64,000 bases of DNA from an uncultured Chloroflexia bacterium (GTDB lineage: Bacteria; Chloroflexota; Chloroflexia; QHBQ01; JADMIH01): NCBI GenBank assembly GCA_963797095.1, contig CAWCNY010000002.1, positions 1 through 64,000 of the forward strand. Direction: 5' to 3'. The notes below the pieces were generated by a model. The model saw only the letters and a list, made by a program, of their open reading frames with translations. It did not search any database and was not told the origin of the DNA. Below are positions 10,056 to 19,650 of the stretch, piece by piece. The translations under genes and the position numbers were made by a program. Each line of letters opens with the position of its first letter. Position 1 is the stretch's first letter.

Positions 10056-13019
10056 CTAGGAACTCTTACGCAAAGCCATCCACAACACATCGGCGAGATG
10101 GACGGCGCGCCGCCCCGTTGTCTGGCTGATCTGTTCCCGGCAACTGAACCCGTCGGTGATGATCAGGTCGTCGTCTGGGGCTTTGCGCACGGCGGGGAGT
10201 AGCACACGCTCGCCCGCCTTGATCGAAACGTCGTAGTGCTCGCCTTCTTCGAAGCCGAACGCCCCGGCCATGCCGCAGCATCCGGAATCGGGCATCTGGA
10301 AATCCACCCCCAACTTCTTCAAGATGGAAATCTCATCGTCCATCTTGAGGATAGACTTGTGATGGCAATGCCCATGCACCACCGCCTTTCGCTTGAGCTT
10401 CGGTATCTCGAAGTGCTTGGCATGCTGCTCAAGGAACTCGCTTAACAGGAATGTTTGCTGGCTAAGCCGCTTCGCTCCCATGTGGTGCGGAAAGAGGTTC
10501 ACAAGCTCATCACGAAAGACCGATACACAGCTAGGCTCCAGCCCAACTACAGGAGTGCCAGCCTCTATTTCCGATCGAAGTTCTTCCAGTACTTGCCTCA
10601 GCAAGTGCTTTGCCAGGTTCAGCATCCCCCAATCGTAGAGTGGGCGACCGCAACAGAGCGATTGTGTTGGCACAACCACCTCGAACCCCGCCGCTTCAAG
10701 CACCTCCACAGCCGATTTGGCGGTTGAAGGGAAGAAGTGGTTGTTGAAAGTGTCGGGCCACAGGATCACTCGCCCGTGCTCACCTTTCTTCAGGGAACCA
10801 CCATCGGATGCGGTCCTGCCCCGGAACCACGCCTTGAAGGTCTGTCGCGCAAAGCGTGGTACGCGCCGCTTGGGTGCTATGCCGCCCAGCGCCTTGAACG
10901 CCGAGCTTATCACCGGCATTTGCGTGACGAAGTTCGCCAGCCAGGGAAAGTGCGATGCCAGCCTGGCCCACCAATAGATCAGGCCCATGCTGTAGGCTGT
11001 GCGCGGGCGCAACTTGCCCGCGTAGTAATGCGATAGGAACTCGGCCTTGTAGGTCGCCATATCCACGTTCACAGGGCAATCGCCTTTGCAACCCTTGCAG
11101 GCCAGGCAAAGGTCAAGCGCGTCCTTGACGGCTTCACTGTGCCAGCCACCTTCGAGAGGATCGCCTTGCATCATCTCGAAGAGGAGCCGCGCTCGCCCCC
11201 TGGTCGAGTGCTTTTCCTCCCTGGTCGCCATGAAACTGGGGCACATCGTTCCCCCGCCGAGCCTTCGACACTTGCCCACTCCTACGCAGCGTAGGGCGGC
11301 GTTGGCGAAACTGCCTTCATCGTCGGGGAACTTGAAATGGGTGGCGGGCTGGGGCGGGTTATAGTCGGTGCCGAGGCGCAGGTTCTGGGTTGGTGTGTAT
11401 GGGTCTACCACCTTGCCCGGGTTCATCTGGCCGTCGGGGTCCCAGATCGCCTTGAACTCACCGAACCCCTGCACCAATTCCTCCCCGAACATCTTGGGAA
11501 GCAGGGCCGCGCGTGATTGTCCATCACCATGCTCGCCGGAAAGGGAGCCGCCATATTTGACCACCAGATCGGCGGCATCATCGATGAAGGAGCGGTATTT
11601 ATCGATGCCTTCGTGCGTCACCAGATCGAAATCTATGCGCACATGCACACACCCCTGCCCGAAGTGTCCGTACAGGTCGCACAGATAATCGTAACGGTTG
11701 AAGAGCTTGCGCAGATCTCGCAAGTATCCACCCAATCTTGCTGGATCTACCGCCGAATCCTCCCAGCCGGGCCACGTATTTGGCTCGCCTGGTACGTCCG
11801 CAGTGGCTCCCAGTCCCGATTCGCGGATCGCCCAGATCAGTTGCTCTTCGTGCGGGTTGTCGAACAGCTTCATGCTTGGCGCGTTATCTTTGCCCTGCAG
11901 GTCGTTCATAAGATCGCGCGCTTTGCCATCCGATTCCTGCTTGCTTTCACCGCCGAACTCCACCAGCAGCCAGCCGCCGCCATCTGGCAGCAGTTTGATA
12001 TTCCGTGGGTGCAGCCCTTTCCTCTTCATGTCGTCTATGAGCCTGTCGTCAAGCCCCTCCAGGCCCACAGGCTTGTGGCTCATGATCTCCATGACGTGGT
12101 CGCCCGCCGTATAGACGTCGGGATAGCCGAGCACCAGCAGCGAGCGCACAGGAGGGCTGTAAACAAGCTTGGTAGTGGCTTCCAGTATGGTGACGCATGT
12201 GCCCTCAGTGCCTACCAGGGCGCGTGCCACGTGGAAGCCGTTCTCAGGCAGCAATTGATCGAGATTGTAGCCGGACACACGGCGGGGTATCTTCGGGTAG
12301 CGCTCGCGGATCAGGTCGGCGTATTTGTCGCGTAATGCCTTCATGCGCGCGTAGATAGCTGCGCGCCTTCCGCCCTCGCGGATAAATCGGGCCAACTCCT
12401 CGTCGTTAGTCTTGCCGACGCGCAGGCGCAGCCCGTCGTAGGTCAACACCTCTAGCTCTTCGATGTTGTCCACCGTCTTCCCCGCCATCACCGAGTGGAT
12501 GCCGCAAGAGTTGTTGCCGATCATGCCGCCTAGGGTGCAATGGTTGTGCGTGGCGGGGTCTGGGCCAAAGGTCAGGTGGTGCTTCTCGGCTTCGTTCCTC
12601 AATGAATCCAGGATGATGCCGGGCTGGACCCGCGCCATCTTCTTATGTGGATCAAGCTCTACAATATTGTTCAAATACTTGGAGAAGTCGATTATGACAG
12701 CTACGTTGCAACACTGGCCTGCCAGGCTGGTGCCGCCTCCTCGAGAGAGCACCGGCGCCCCGTGTTGGCGGCACGCCTCCACAGTCTGTACAACATCCTC
12801 GATACTGCGCGGTATGACCACTCCGATGGGCACCTGCCTGTAATTTGAGCCATCGGTGGCATACAGGGCGCGACTGCCGGCATCGAACCGCACTTCCCCT
12901 GTGATCTTGCTCTGCAATTCATCTGCGAGCGCCTGCGCATCCAGGTCGGGGGGAGCGCCTCTCTTCTTGTGGGTATCTATGTTTTGTTGCATTGTCGAAG
13001 GGTAGGTCGCAATAGCCAT
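10056..13019 (-). CDS. FAD-binding and Fe-S oxidoreductase (D-2-hydroxyacid dehydrogenase-like, GlcD/GlcF fusion)
   Basis: RGGGTSLAGQ, SGEHGDG, CVGVGKC, CLACKGCKGDCP, CCG domains. Confidence 0.92.
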   Translation of the reverse strand: MAIATYPSTMQQNIDTHKKRGAPPDLDAQALADELQSKITGEVRFDAGSRALYATDGSNYRQVPIGVVIPRSIEDVVQTVEACRQHGAPVLSRGGGTSLAGQCCNVAVIIDFSKYLNNIVELDPHKKMARVQPGIILDSLRNEAEKHHLTFGPDPATHNHCTLGGMIGNNSCGIHSVMAGKTVDNIEELEVLTYDGLRLRVGKTNDEELARFIREGGRRAAIYARMKALRDKYADLIRERYPKIPRRVSGYNLDQLLPENGFHVARALVGTEGTCVTILEATTKLVYSPPVRSLLVLGYPDVYTAGDHVMEIMSHKPVGLEGLDDRLIDDMKRKGLHPRNIKLLPDGGGWLLVEFGGESKQESDGKARDLMNDLQGKDNAPSMKLFDNPHEEQLIWAIRESGLGATADVPGEPNTWPGWEDSAVDPARLGGYLRDLRKLFNRYDYLCDLYGHFGQGCVHVRIDFDLVTHEGIDKYRSFIDDAADLVVKYGGSLSGEHGDGQSRAALLPKMFGEELVQGFGEFKAIWDPDGQMNPGKVVDPYTPTQNLRLGTDYNPPQPATHFKFPDDEGSFANAALRCVGVGKCRRLGGGTMCPSFMATREEKHSTRGRARLLFEMMQGDPLEGGWHSEAVKDALDLCLACKGCKGDCPVNVDMATYKAEFLSHYYAGKLRPRTAYSMGLIYWWARLASHFPWLANFVTQMPVISSAFKALGGIAPKRRVPRFARQTFKAWFRGRTASDGGSLKKGEHGRVILWPDTFNNHFFPSTAKSAVEVLEAAGFEVVVPTQSLCCGRPLYDWGMLNLAKHLLRQVLEELRSEIEAGTPVVGLEPSCVSVFRDELVNLFPHHMGAKRLSQQTFLLSEFLEQHAKHFEIPKLKRKAVVHGHCHHKSILKMDDEISILKKLGVDFQMPDSGCCGMAGAFGFEEGEHYDVSIKAGERVLLPAVRKAPDDDLIITDGFSCREQISQTTGRRAVHLADVLWMALRKSS

Positions 13020-13107
13020 TTTGTCTCCTCCAGGGAATTGCGACGCTCAAGTAGCGCAAAATGCGCTGCTTCCAAAAGGCGTTTCGCAATTCCAGATGCG
13101 AATTATT

Positions 13108-14223
13108 TCAGGTCAGGGCGTAGCGCTCGGCATCCCGGCGCTTGAACTCTAGCCCCATGCCAGGCCGCGAAAGATTGGGGTGGAGCGCCCCATCTATGGG
13201 GATCAATGCTCCATCAAACAGCATGTGCTCTATACGCACATGATCATGGAAGTATTCGAGATGGCGCACCCCGCCAAGGGCACAGGCCGGGTGTACATGC
13301 AGCGAAGGGGCACAATGCCCCGATAGGGGTATGAAGTTGGCCTCGCAAAGCGCGCCAACCTTCATGAAGCCTGTCACCCCGGCGCATCTTGAGGCGTCGG
13401 CTTGCTGTACGTCCACAGCCCCAGCCTGCATCATGCGCCGGAAATAATCGAGGTCATAGCCGTACTCGCCTGCCGCCACATCCATGAGGGCGGGCGCGCG
13501 GTCTCGCAACAGTCGCAACCCTTCAAAGTCGTGGTGGTAAACCGGTTCCTCGAACCAGTTGACGCCAAGCTCGGCGAACGCATCGGCAAAATAGAGAGCT
13601 TGCTTGCGGCTGTACGCGCCGTTGGCGTCAACAAAGAGCTTCGCATCAGGCCCGATAGCGTCCCTGGCCGCTTTCACCCTTGCCAGGTCGTCTTCGGGGT
13701 GCGTGCCGATCTTCATCTTGACACGCGGTATGCCTTGCTGGACCCAGCCCCCGAGTTGCGACTGCAATTGCTTGATCGAATAAGAGGTGAATCCGCCACT
13801 GCCGTACACAGCCACGCCCTCTCGCGATGCCCCCAGGAGCGTTACCAGGGGCAAACCAAGCAGTCTGGCCTTCAGGTCCCACAGTGCCACATCCACGGCG
13901 GCGATAGCCATCGAGGCGATCCCTGGTAGGCCCAGGTTGCGTACCGAGTGCACCATCGCGTGCCACGCGCCCGGCACAGCCATTGCGTCCATGCCCTGCA
14001 CCACGCCGGATAGGGTATGCTCGATTAACTTGGCGGCGGCAACATCGGCGTACGTATAGCCGAGACCGTTTCCGCCCCCTGCGCTTATCTCCACCAGCAC
14101 GAGCGTGGTGCTGTCCCACTCGTATGTGCCATCGGCCTCCGGATAGTCGGTCGGTATTGTGTATGCCGATACATCTACTTGAGTGATCGGAATTTCTATT
14201 TTGTGACTTCTGATCTTCATCAT
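13108..14223 (-). CDS. Mandelate racemase / muconate lactonizing enzyme family
   Basis: DVALWDLKA, KMK, VDANG, WFEEP, AGEY. Confidence 0.9.
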   Translation of the reverse strand: MMKIRSHKIEIPITQVDVSAYTIPTDYPEADGTYEWDSTTLVLVEISAGGGNGLGYTYADVAAAKLIEHTLSGVVQGMDAMAVPGAWHAMVHSVRNLGLPGIASMAIAAVDVALWDLKARLLGLPLVTLLGASREGVAVYGSGGFTSYSIKQLQSQLGGWVQQGIPRVKMKIGTHPEDDLARVKAARDAIGPDAKLFVDANGAYSRKQALYFADAFAELGVNWFEEPVYHHDFEGLRLLRDRAPALMDVAAGEYGYDLDYFRRMMQAGAVDVQQADASRCAGVTGFMKVGALCEANFIPLSGHCAPSLHVHPACALGGVRHLEYFHDHVRIEHMLFDGALIPIDGALHPNLSRPGMGLEFKRRDAERYALT

Positions 14224-14303
14224 CCATGTCGTCTCTTTTGTTCTCTTCTAACGATTCTCAGGATCCATGTCGTCTCTTTTGTTCTCTTCTAACGATTCTC
14301 AGG
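14222..14303. repeat. Perfect 41-bp tandem duplication
   Basis: atccatgtcgtctcttttgttctcttctaacgattctcagg at 14222-14262 and 14263-14303. Confidence 0.95.
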
Positions 14304-14771
14304 CGGGCGAAACGACACCATATGCACCGCTTCCGCAAACCTGGCGACTCGTTCATCAAGCGTGCCTTTGCCTTCGAAGCCGTATAGCTTGAGGGCTATC
14401 TTTATCTCCTGCGGGTGCTCGCGCTTGAACTCCATCAGCACTTTGAGGTTCTCGTCCTGTGTGAGAAAGTGCTGCACCGGTCTGTATCGCTGTGTTCCCG
14501 TCTGCACTCGCAAGGCTGGACTTGCCTCGATATTGCGGTACCAATCGGTAGTTGTGCCCCAACCTGAGGCAACGAAGCTCTCACGCCGGGCCGGGTCGTA
14601 CACCACCACTTCCAGTACGGCCTGCCTCACTTTCCCCGATTTGCGGCCCCTGTGCGTTAACAGCATGAAGCGGTGTCCAAGCAACCACCCCAGTTTTAGC
14701 TTATAGAGATAGATCGGTAACCGCAGCAAGGTCCGCACCAGCCCATGAGGCCGTGAGAGTGTAATAGACAT
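14289..14771 (-). CDS. Deazaflavin (F420)-dependent oxidoreductase, nitroreductase family (DDN-like)
   Basis: LLTHRGRKSGKVR, ASGWG..TDWYRNI. Confidence 0.85.
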   Translation of the reverse strand: MSITLSRPHGLVRTLLRLPIYLYKLKLGWLLGHRFMLLTHRGRKSGKVRQAVLEVVVYDPARRESFVASGWGTTTDWYRNIEASPALRVQTGTQRYRPVQHFLTQDENLKVLMEFKREHPQEIKIALKLYGFEGKGTLDERVARFAEAVHMVSFRPPENR

Positions 14772-14805
14772 ACTTTGCTACTCCAACAAACGTGATACGG
14801 GATGG

Positions 14806-14876
14806 CGAGTGACGAGTGACGAGTAAGTACGCAGGATGCAATAATCACTCGTCACTCGTCACTCGTCACTCGTCAC
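14806..14876. repeat. Inverted pair of heptamer arrays (GAGTGAC)n / (GTCACTC)n
   Basis: 14806-14824 is complementary to part of 14845-14876. Confidence 0.85.
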
Positions 14877-14878
14877 CC

Positions 14879-16633
14879 CTAGACCACCTCGCGCACTTTA
14901 TCTTCCACAAGGGTCTTTATTATCTCCATGCGGTAGCGCTCGCCTTTGAGCATGGCCTGGGCGAAGTGTAGGGCCTGCCGGGTCGTGATCTTGCCTGGCA
15001 GTGGCGGCTCCTGCGGGTCAACGAGGGCCTCAATCACTACCGGGCCGGGTTCCGAAAACGCCTTTCGCAGCACAGAGCCTGCTTCCTCCGGCTCCTGGAT
15101 CGAATAACCATTCGCCCCGCACGCCTGCGCGATGGCCGCGAAATCTATCGGTTGCAGATCGACCCCGAACTCCGGGTTGGCTTCCATCACCATCTGCTCC
15201 CACTTGATCATGCCGAGCGTGTTGTTCTTGATCACCACCAGTTTCACCGGCAGCTTGTACTTGACGAGGGTGGCGATTTCGGCCATCAGCATGCTGAGAC
15301 CGCCATCCCCTGCTAAACATACGACTTGCCTGCCGGGGTTGGCTACAGCCGCCCCTATCGCGTAGGGGAGACCATTTGCCATAGTCGCCAGCGTGCCCGA
15401 TGCCGAGAACATCATATCGCCCCTCACATCCAGGTAGCGCGCCGCCCAGGTGGTGACAGTGCCGGTGTCGGTGACAAGAATAGCGTCGTTTGCCAGCAGT
15501 TTGTTCACCTGGTAGGCGACCACTTGCGGTTTCATCGGGCTGTCCGTGCGCGTCCCACGCTCTTCCAGCATGTTGCGCCACTCCTTCATGGCGTCCTGGG
15601 CTTTCTTAAGGTAGCTTCGATCCTCTTTCTTTTCCAGCAGCGGAATAAGCGCCGCCAGTACACGCTTGCAATCGCCGACCAATCCAACATCGGCGGGCGT
15701 GCGCAGACCGATGCGCGATGGGTCGATATCAATTTGCACCGTCTTCGCCTTGCCCGGCTCGGGGTAGAACTCCAGGTAAGGGAAGCTACTGCCCACGACG
15801 ATCAGAGTATCACAATCCTTCATAGCCTCCATCGAGGCGCTGGTTCCCAGCAGGCCAATGCCACCGGTAGTGTAAGGGCTATCGTCGGTCACCACCGCCT
15901 TGCCGAGCAAGGCTTTGGCGATTGGCGCGCCAACGATCTCAGCCACCCTCAGCACCTCGTCACGAGCGTCTATGCACCCGCGCCCCACCAGGATTGCCAC
16001 CTTGCTGCCCTTATTGATTATTCCGGCGGCCTGCCTGAGCAACTCTTCAGATGGCACTGTTGTGGGGACGGCGTACAGGTCCGCGCTATGTTCGGCTATA
16101 TTAGCTGTCGAGCGCGTGTCGTCGGATGGCGTCCAATCCTGGATGTCTTTCGGTATATTAATGTGGGCCACCGTGCGCTTTGAGAGCGCGGTCTTCATGG
16201 CCTCGTCCACAACAGAGGTGACATGGTCCGGCCCCATGACGCGTTCGCTGTAGGCTGCTACATCCGAGAAGAGCCGGGCGAGATCCACGTCCTGCTGGTA
16301 GTGCGTGCCCATCAGATCATGGTAAGTATTGCCTGTGATGGCGAGCACAGGCTGACCGTCCATCTTGGCGTCGTACAGTCCATTCAGCAAGTGGATGCCG
16401 CCCGGCCCCGATGTCGCCAGGCATACACCCATTCGCCCTGAATACTTGGCATAGCCGCAGGCGGCGAAGGCTGCCCCTTCCTCGTGCCTTACCTGGATGA
16501 ACTTGATCTTGTCTTGCCGGTTGCGAAGGGCCTCGAAAATACCGTTGATGCCGTCACCGGGCAGTCCGAAAATAGTGTCGACGCCCCATTCTATTAAGCG
16601 CTCAACGAGTATGTCGGCGGACGTCTTTGCCAT
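14879..16633 (-). CDS. TPP-dependent pyruvate oxidase/dehydrogenase (PoxB family)
   Basis: FGLPGDGIN, RHEE, SGPGGIH, GDGG...NN TPP motif. Confidence 0.92.
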   Translation of the reverse strand: MAKTSADILVERLIEWGVDTIFGLPGDGINGIFEALRNRQDKIKFIQVRHEEGAAFAACGYAKYSGRMGVCLATSGPGGIHLLNGLYDAKMDGQPVLAITGNTYHDLMGTHYQQDVDLARLFSDVAAYSERVMGPDHVTSVVDEAMKTALSKRTVAHINIPKDIQDWTPSDDTRSTANIAEHSADLYAVPTTVPSEELLRQAAGIINKGSKVAILVGRGCIDARDEVLRVAEIVGAPIAKALLGKAVVTDDSPYTTGGIGLLGTSASMEAMKDCDTLIVVGSSFPYLEFYPEPGKAKTVQIDIDPSRIGLRTPADVGLVGDCKRVLAALIPLLEKKEDRSYLKKAQDAMKEWRNMLEERGTRTDSPMKPQVVAYQVNKLLANDAILVTDTGTVTTWAARYLDVRGDMMFSASGTLATMANGLPYAIGAAVANPGRQVVCLAGDGGLSMLMAEIATLVKYKLPVKLVVIKNNTLGMIKWEQMVMEANPEFGVDLQPIDFAAIAQACGANGYSIQEPEEAGSVLRKAFSEPGPVVIEALVDPQEPPLPGKITTRQALHFAQAMLKGERYRMEIIKTLVEDKVREVV

Positions 16634-16720
16634 TATACTTCTCCTTTATGACCTCAGGCTCGACGGAAATGTTAATACAACTTCTATGGAGCTGGAAACA
16701 AAAGTTGTGCCTGTTATTGC

Positions 16721-17104
16721 CTAATCGTCGCTTGAATAGGCAATGGTGCTCAACAGGGCGTTCTCGGCCTGGCGCGAGTCGAGCCTGGTGTGCTGCACCA
16801 CAACCGGTACGTCCGATTCAATACTACTTGCATAATTCGTGCCGACAGGTATTGGCTCGGGGTCGTTCAGATTGTTGAATCGAAAATGCCCTGTACGTCT
16901 CGCGGGTACAGTCACCTTATATGGTCCCGCCGGTTCGCGGTCGCTGTAGAAAATGGTTACTTCAATATGAGCGTCTTGCTCCCCCGCATTCAAGATGCAG
17001 AACGCTTCATGGCTTACCATCTCCGGGGAAGGTCCATTGCTCCACCCAGGGATATAGCCCTCCGCGATGGCCCAACGTTTGCGGCCTATCGGTGGTCCAG
17101 TCAT
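16721..17104 (-). CDS. Anabaena sensory rhodopsin transducer (ASRT) family protein
   Basis: IGRKRWAIAEGYIP, SHEAFCILN, SDVPVVVQHTRLDSRQ; start moved to ATG 17104 behind a GAGGTG RBS. Confidence 0.88.
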   Translation of the reverse strand: MTGPPIGRKRWAIAEGYIPGWSNGPSPEMVSHEAFCILNAGEQDAHIEVTIFYSDREPAGPYKVTVPARRTGHFRFNNLNDPEPIPVGTNYASSIESDVPVVVQHTRLDSRQAENALLSTIAYSSDD

Positions 17105-17304
17105 ATTCAGTTCACCTCTTCTAATTAGGGGTTGTTCCTGGTACATGGCAGGTCCAGCAAAAACCGTGCCCCCGAAGAGGGGACATACCAAAATTACGCT
17201 GCGAATCCTGTAGATCTACAGCGATTACCGGGAGATAGCTTGTCGCCGTGGGGACGAACAATAACGCAGAGGCAATAGTAGCGCCTCATATTGGGAGTGA
17301 ACGA

Positions 17305-18177
17305 CTAAGCGCTTGGAATCACTCCAAGAATCGTGTCCCGGACAACAGGCCACTCTTTCGATATCGGGTCTATGACCTCGAAATGTCCCGTGCCCTTCAG
17401 TGTGACCAACTCCGCATCGTCGCCGAGCGCCCTGGCACGCTCCACGAAAAGCTTGCTGATCTCGTAGGGCACATTGGGATCGTTTGTGCCGTGTACCAGT
17501 CTCTGCTTCACTCCGATGGGCAATAAGTCTCCAGGCGATGCGGTTTCATATCGCTCAGACACCTCTTCAGGCGATCCCCCCATCAGGTCAACCACCACCC
17601 CCTGGCTCAGCTTCATCCGCCAGCAGAGCCGCAGGTCAACCACACCTGCCAGCGGCACGCACGCCTCCACTGGCAGCGGGTCGGCCATACAGAGTGGGTC
17701 TCCCTCAGGGATCTTGTGCCTGCCCGCCAGCCACGCAGCCAGGTGCCCGCCAGCCGAGTGCCCCGTCACTACCACACGCCCCAGGTCCAGGTTGTGCTCC
17801 CCCGCAATTTCGCGCAGGTAGTCGCAAGCCATACCCACATCCAGCATAGTATTGGGCCAGCCGCCCCCTTCGTCACCCAGTCGCCTGTATTCAATGCTCC
17901 AGGTAGCCACACCGCTGGATGTGAGCGCCGCGCACAGATATCCAATATGGTCCAGGTTGTACTTCGCCCGCCAGAAGCCCCCATGTATCACAATCACGAT
18001 GGGGAACGGACCCTTTGCATCTCCCTTGGGCAAACGCAAATCGCCGAACTGCAAAGGGTCCTCACCGTAGCTGATACGGAAATCGGCTTCCGGTGGCATT
18101 ACCGAAAACAACCGCTCGGCCATCGCATTCAATTGCGTGGCCTTGAATAATCTACTGAACCCCGAAAAAAAGCCCAT
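17305..18177 (-). CDS. Alpha/beta hydrolase (esterase)
   Basis: HGGFW, GHSAGG, HG..D, GH. Confidence 0.9.
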   Translation of the reverse strand: MGFFSGFSRLFKATQLNAMAERLFSVMPPEADFRISYGEDPLQFGDLRLPKGDAKGPFPIVIVIHGGFWRAKYNLDHIGYLCAALTSSGVATWSIEYRRLGDEGGGWPNTMLDVGMACDYLREIAGEHNLDLGRVVVTGHSAGGHLAAWLAGRHKIPEGDPLCMADPLPVEACVPLAGVVDLRLCWRMKLSQGVVVDLMGGSPEEVSERYETASPGDLLPIGVKQRLVHGTNDPNVPYEISKLFVERARALGDDAELVTLKGTGHFEVIDPISKEWPVVRDTILGVIPSA

Positions 18178-18273
18178 AGTCTGCTCCTGGTAGCCAGTAG
18201 TCGGTAGTTAGCGGGCGGCAGACCGCGCGTAGTTCCCGGTTCTTGGTTTCTAGTTGCTGATTTTGACTACCGA

Positions 18274-19650
18274 TTACCAATCAACGTCGTCTCGAACAAG
18301 CGGCATAGTCATACACCTCGGCCCACCCCTGGCCCTTGACAGTTCAAGGCCGCTGATCTTGATAGCGTATTTTCTCTCTGGGTGCGATCTGATCTCCTCG
18401 ATCAATGGCTGGTTTGTCACCCAATCCCTTTCGCTCCCTGCCTCTACCTGCCAGCGTACGATATCCCCCTCCTGCACAATCCTGTATCCTGCTGCCTCAA
18501 GCGCCTTGTAAGTCTGTTCATTGCGTTCGTAGCCTATAATTAGCCCTGGCCTCAGGCAAAAGGCGTTGGCCCCGTCGGTCCATTGCTCGCGCTCCTGGTA
18601 TAGCCTGCTGTTCCCTCCGCAAAAGATCGGGTTGAGCGGCCTTCCCAAGTCCTCTTCCAGGCACGCCACCAGCGATTTCCGAACAGGGGCAAGATGGGTT
18701 GTGCCATCCGGCTTGATGCTGATTCGCACGATGCCCACCTGCTCGCCGCCGCCAGGCATGATCAACGGCGGGTAGACCAGCATATCGTCTTGCGACAACA
18801 TAGTGAAGATCGTATCAAGGTGCATGGTCGAGCGCTGTTTGGGCATGATCACAGCGTAGACTGTCTTTACTTGTCCGCCTTTCGCCAGGCCCTTTGCTAA
18901 CTGGTCCACCGCCTCCGGGCTGGTCCGCTCCGAGATCCCCACAAGCACCAGATCGGGCCTTATTACCAGCACATCCCCGCCCTCGATAGTAGCCCTCTCA
19001 TCCTCAGGCAGTGGGCTTGACAGGTTATATGGCGAGAGCTTATCGAACCACATAGGTGGTCGCGACCCGTTCTCCCCACCGGCTTTTGCATGCACCCTAT
19101 ACAGATAGCGCACCAGCAGCGCCTCACGCTGCCTTGCCGGGAACGCCATGTTCCCCACCAGCAGGCCATCATTCACCACCGCGCATGGGTCGCGCATAAA
19201 CATCAGGTTCGGGATCGGCGGCAACTGATAGGGCATCTCCGACAGGTAAGAGGTCAAATCAGATCGCCTGCCTGGGTCCATTTTCCCCTCGATAAACCAG
19301 TGTGCCAGCTTGTACGGCTCGGCATCCCGCAACTCTCGCCACAGGTTGTCGCGCTGCGTATCGGTCCCGCCTTGCAGCTTGCACACGCTCTCAACCATTG
19401 CCTGCCGCGCGCCGTCGTCCTCCAGCACCTCCCGCAACATCTCCGCCGAATCGAGCACATCCTCAGGCGGCACGATCACCGAAATGATACGCTTGAAAGC
19501 TTCGTGCTCGTGCTTCGCCAGGTCCACATACAGGATGTCGTCGAATAAGAGATCGTGACGTAGCGCGGGCGTCATGCGCCTGATCTCCTGGCCCGGCGTG
19601 TGGACCACAACCCTTTTGAGCTTACCGATCTCTGAGGTAACGTTCAGCAT
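18274..19650 (-). CDS. arcA: Arginine deiminase
   Basis: VTSEIGKLK, LLFDD, NLMFMRD, IEGGD, MHLDT, EQWTDGAN, RGGPRCMTMP with catalytic Cys; start at ATG 19650. Confidence 0.9.
   Translation of the reverse strand: MLNVTSEIGKLKRVVVHTPGQEIRRMTPALRHDLLFDDILYVDLAKHEHEAFKRIISVIVPPEDVLDSAEMLREVLEDDGARQAMVESVCKLQGGTDTQRDNLWRELRDAEPYKLAHWFIEGKMDPGRRSDLTSYLSEMPYQLPPIPNLMFMRDPCAVVNDGLLVGNMAFPARQREALLVRYLYRVHAKAGGENGSRPPMWFDKLSPYNLSSPLPEDERATIEGGDVLVIRPDLVLVGISERTSPEAVDQLAKGLAKGGQVKTVYAVIMPKQRSTMHLDTIFTMLSQDDMLVYPPLIMPGGGEQVGIVRISIKPDGTTHLAPVRKSLVACLEEDLGRPLNPIFCGGNSRLYQEREQWTDGANAFCLRPGLIIGYERNEQTYKALEAAGYRIVQEGDIVRWQVEAGSERDWVTNQPLIEEIRSHPERKYAIKISGLELSRARGGPRCMTMPLVRDDVDW

Noticed and set aside
16721-17104. 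Phototaxis / sensory rhodopsin system
   Set aside because: No rhodopsin gene in the window; ASRT domains commonly occur alone
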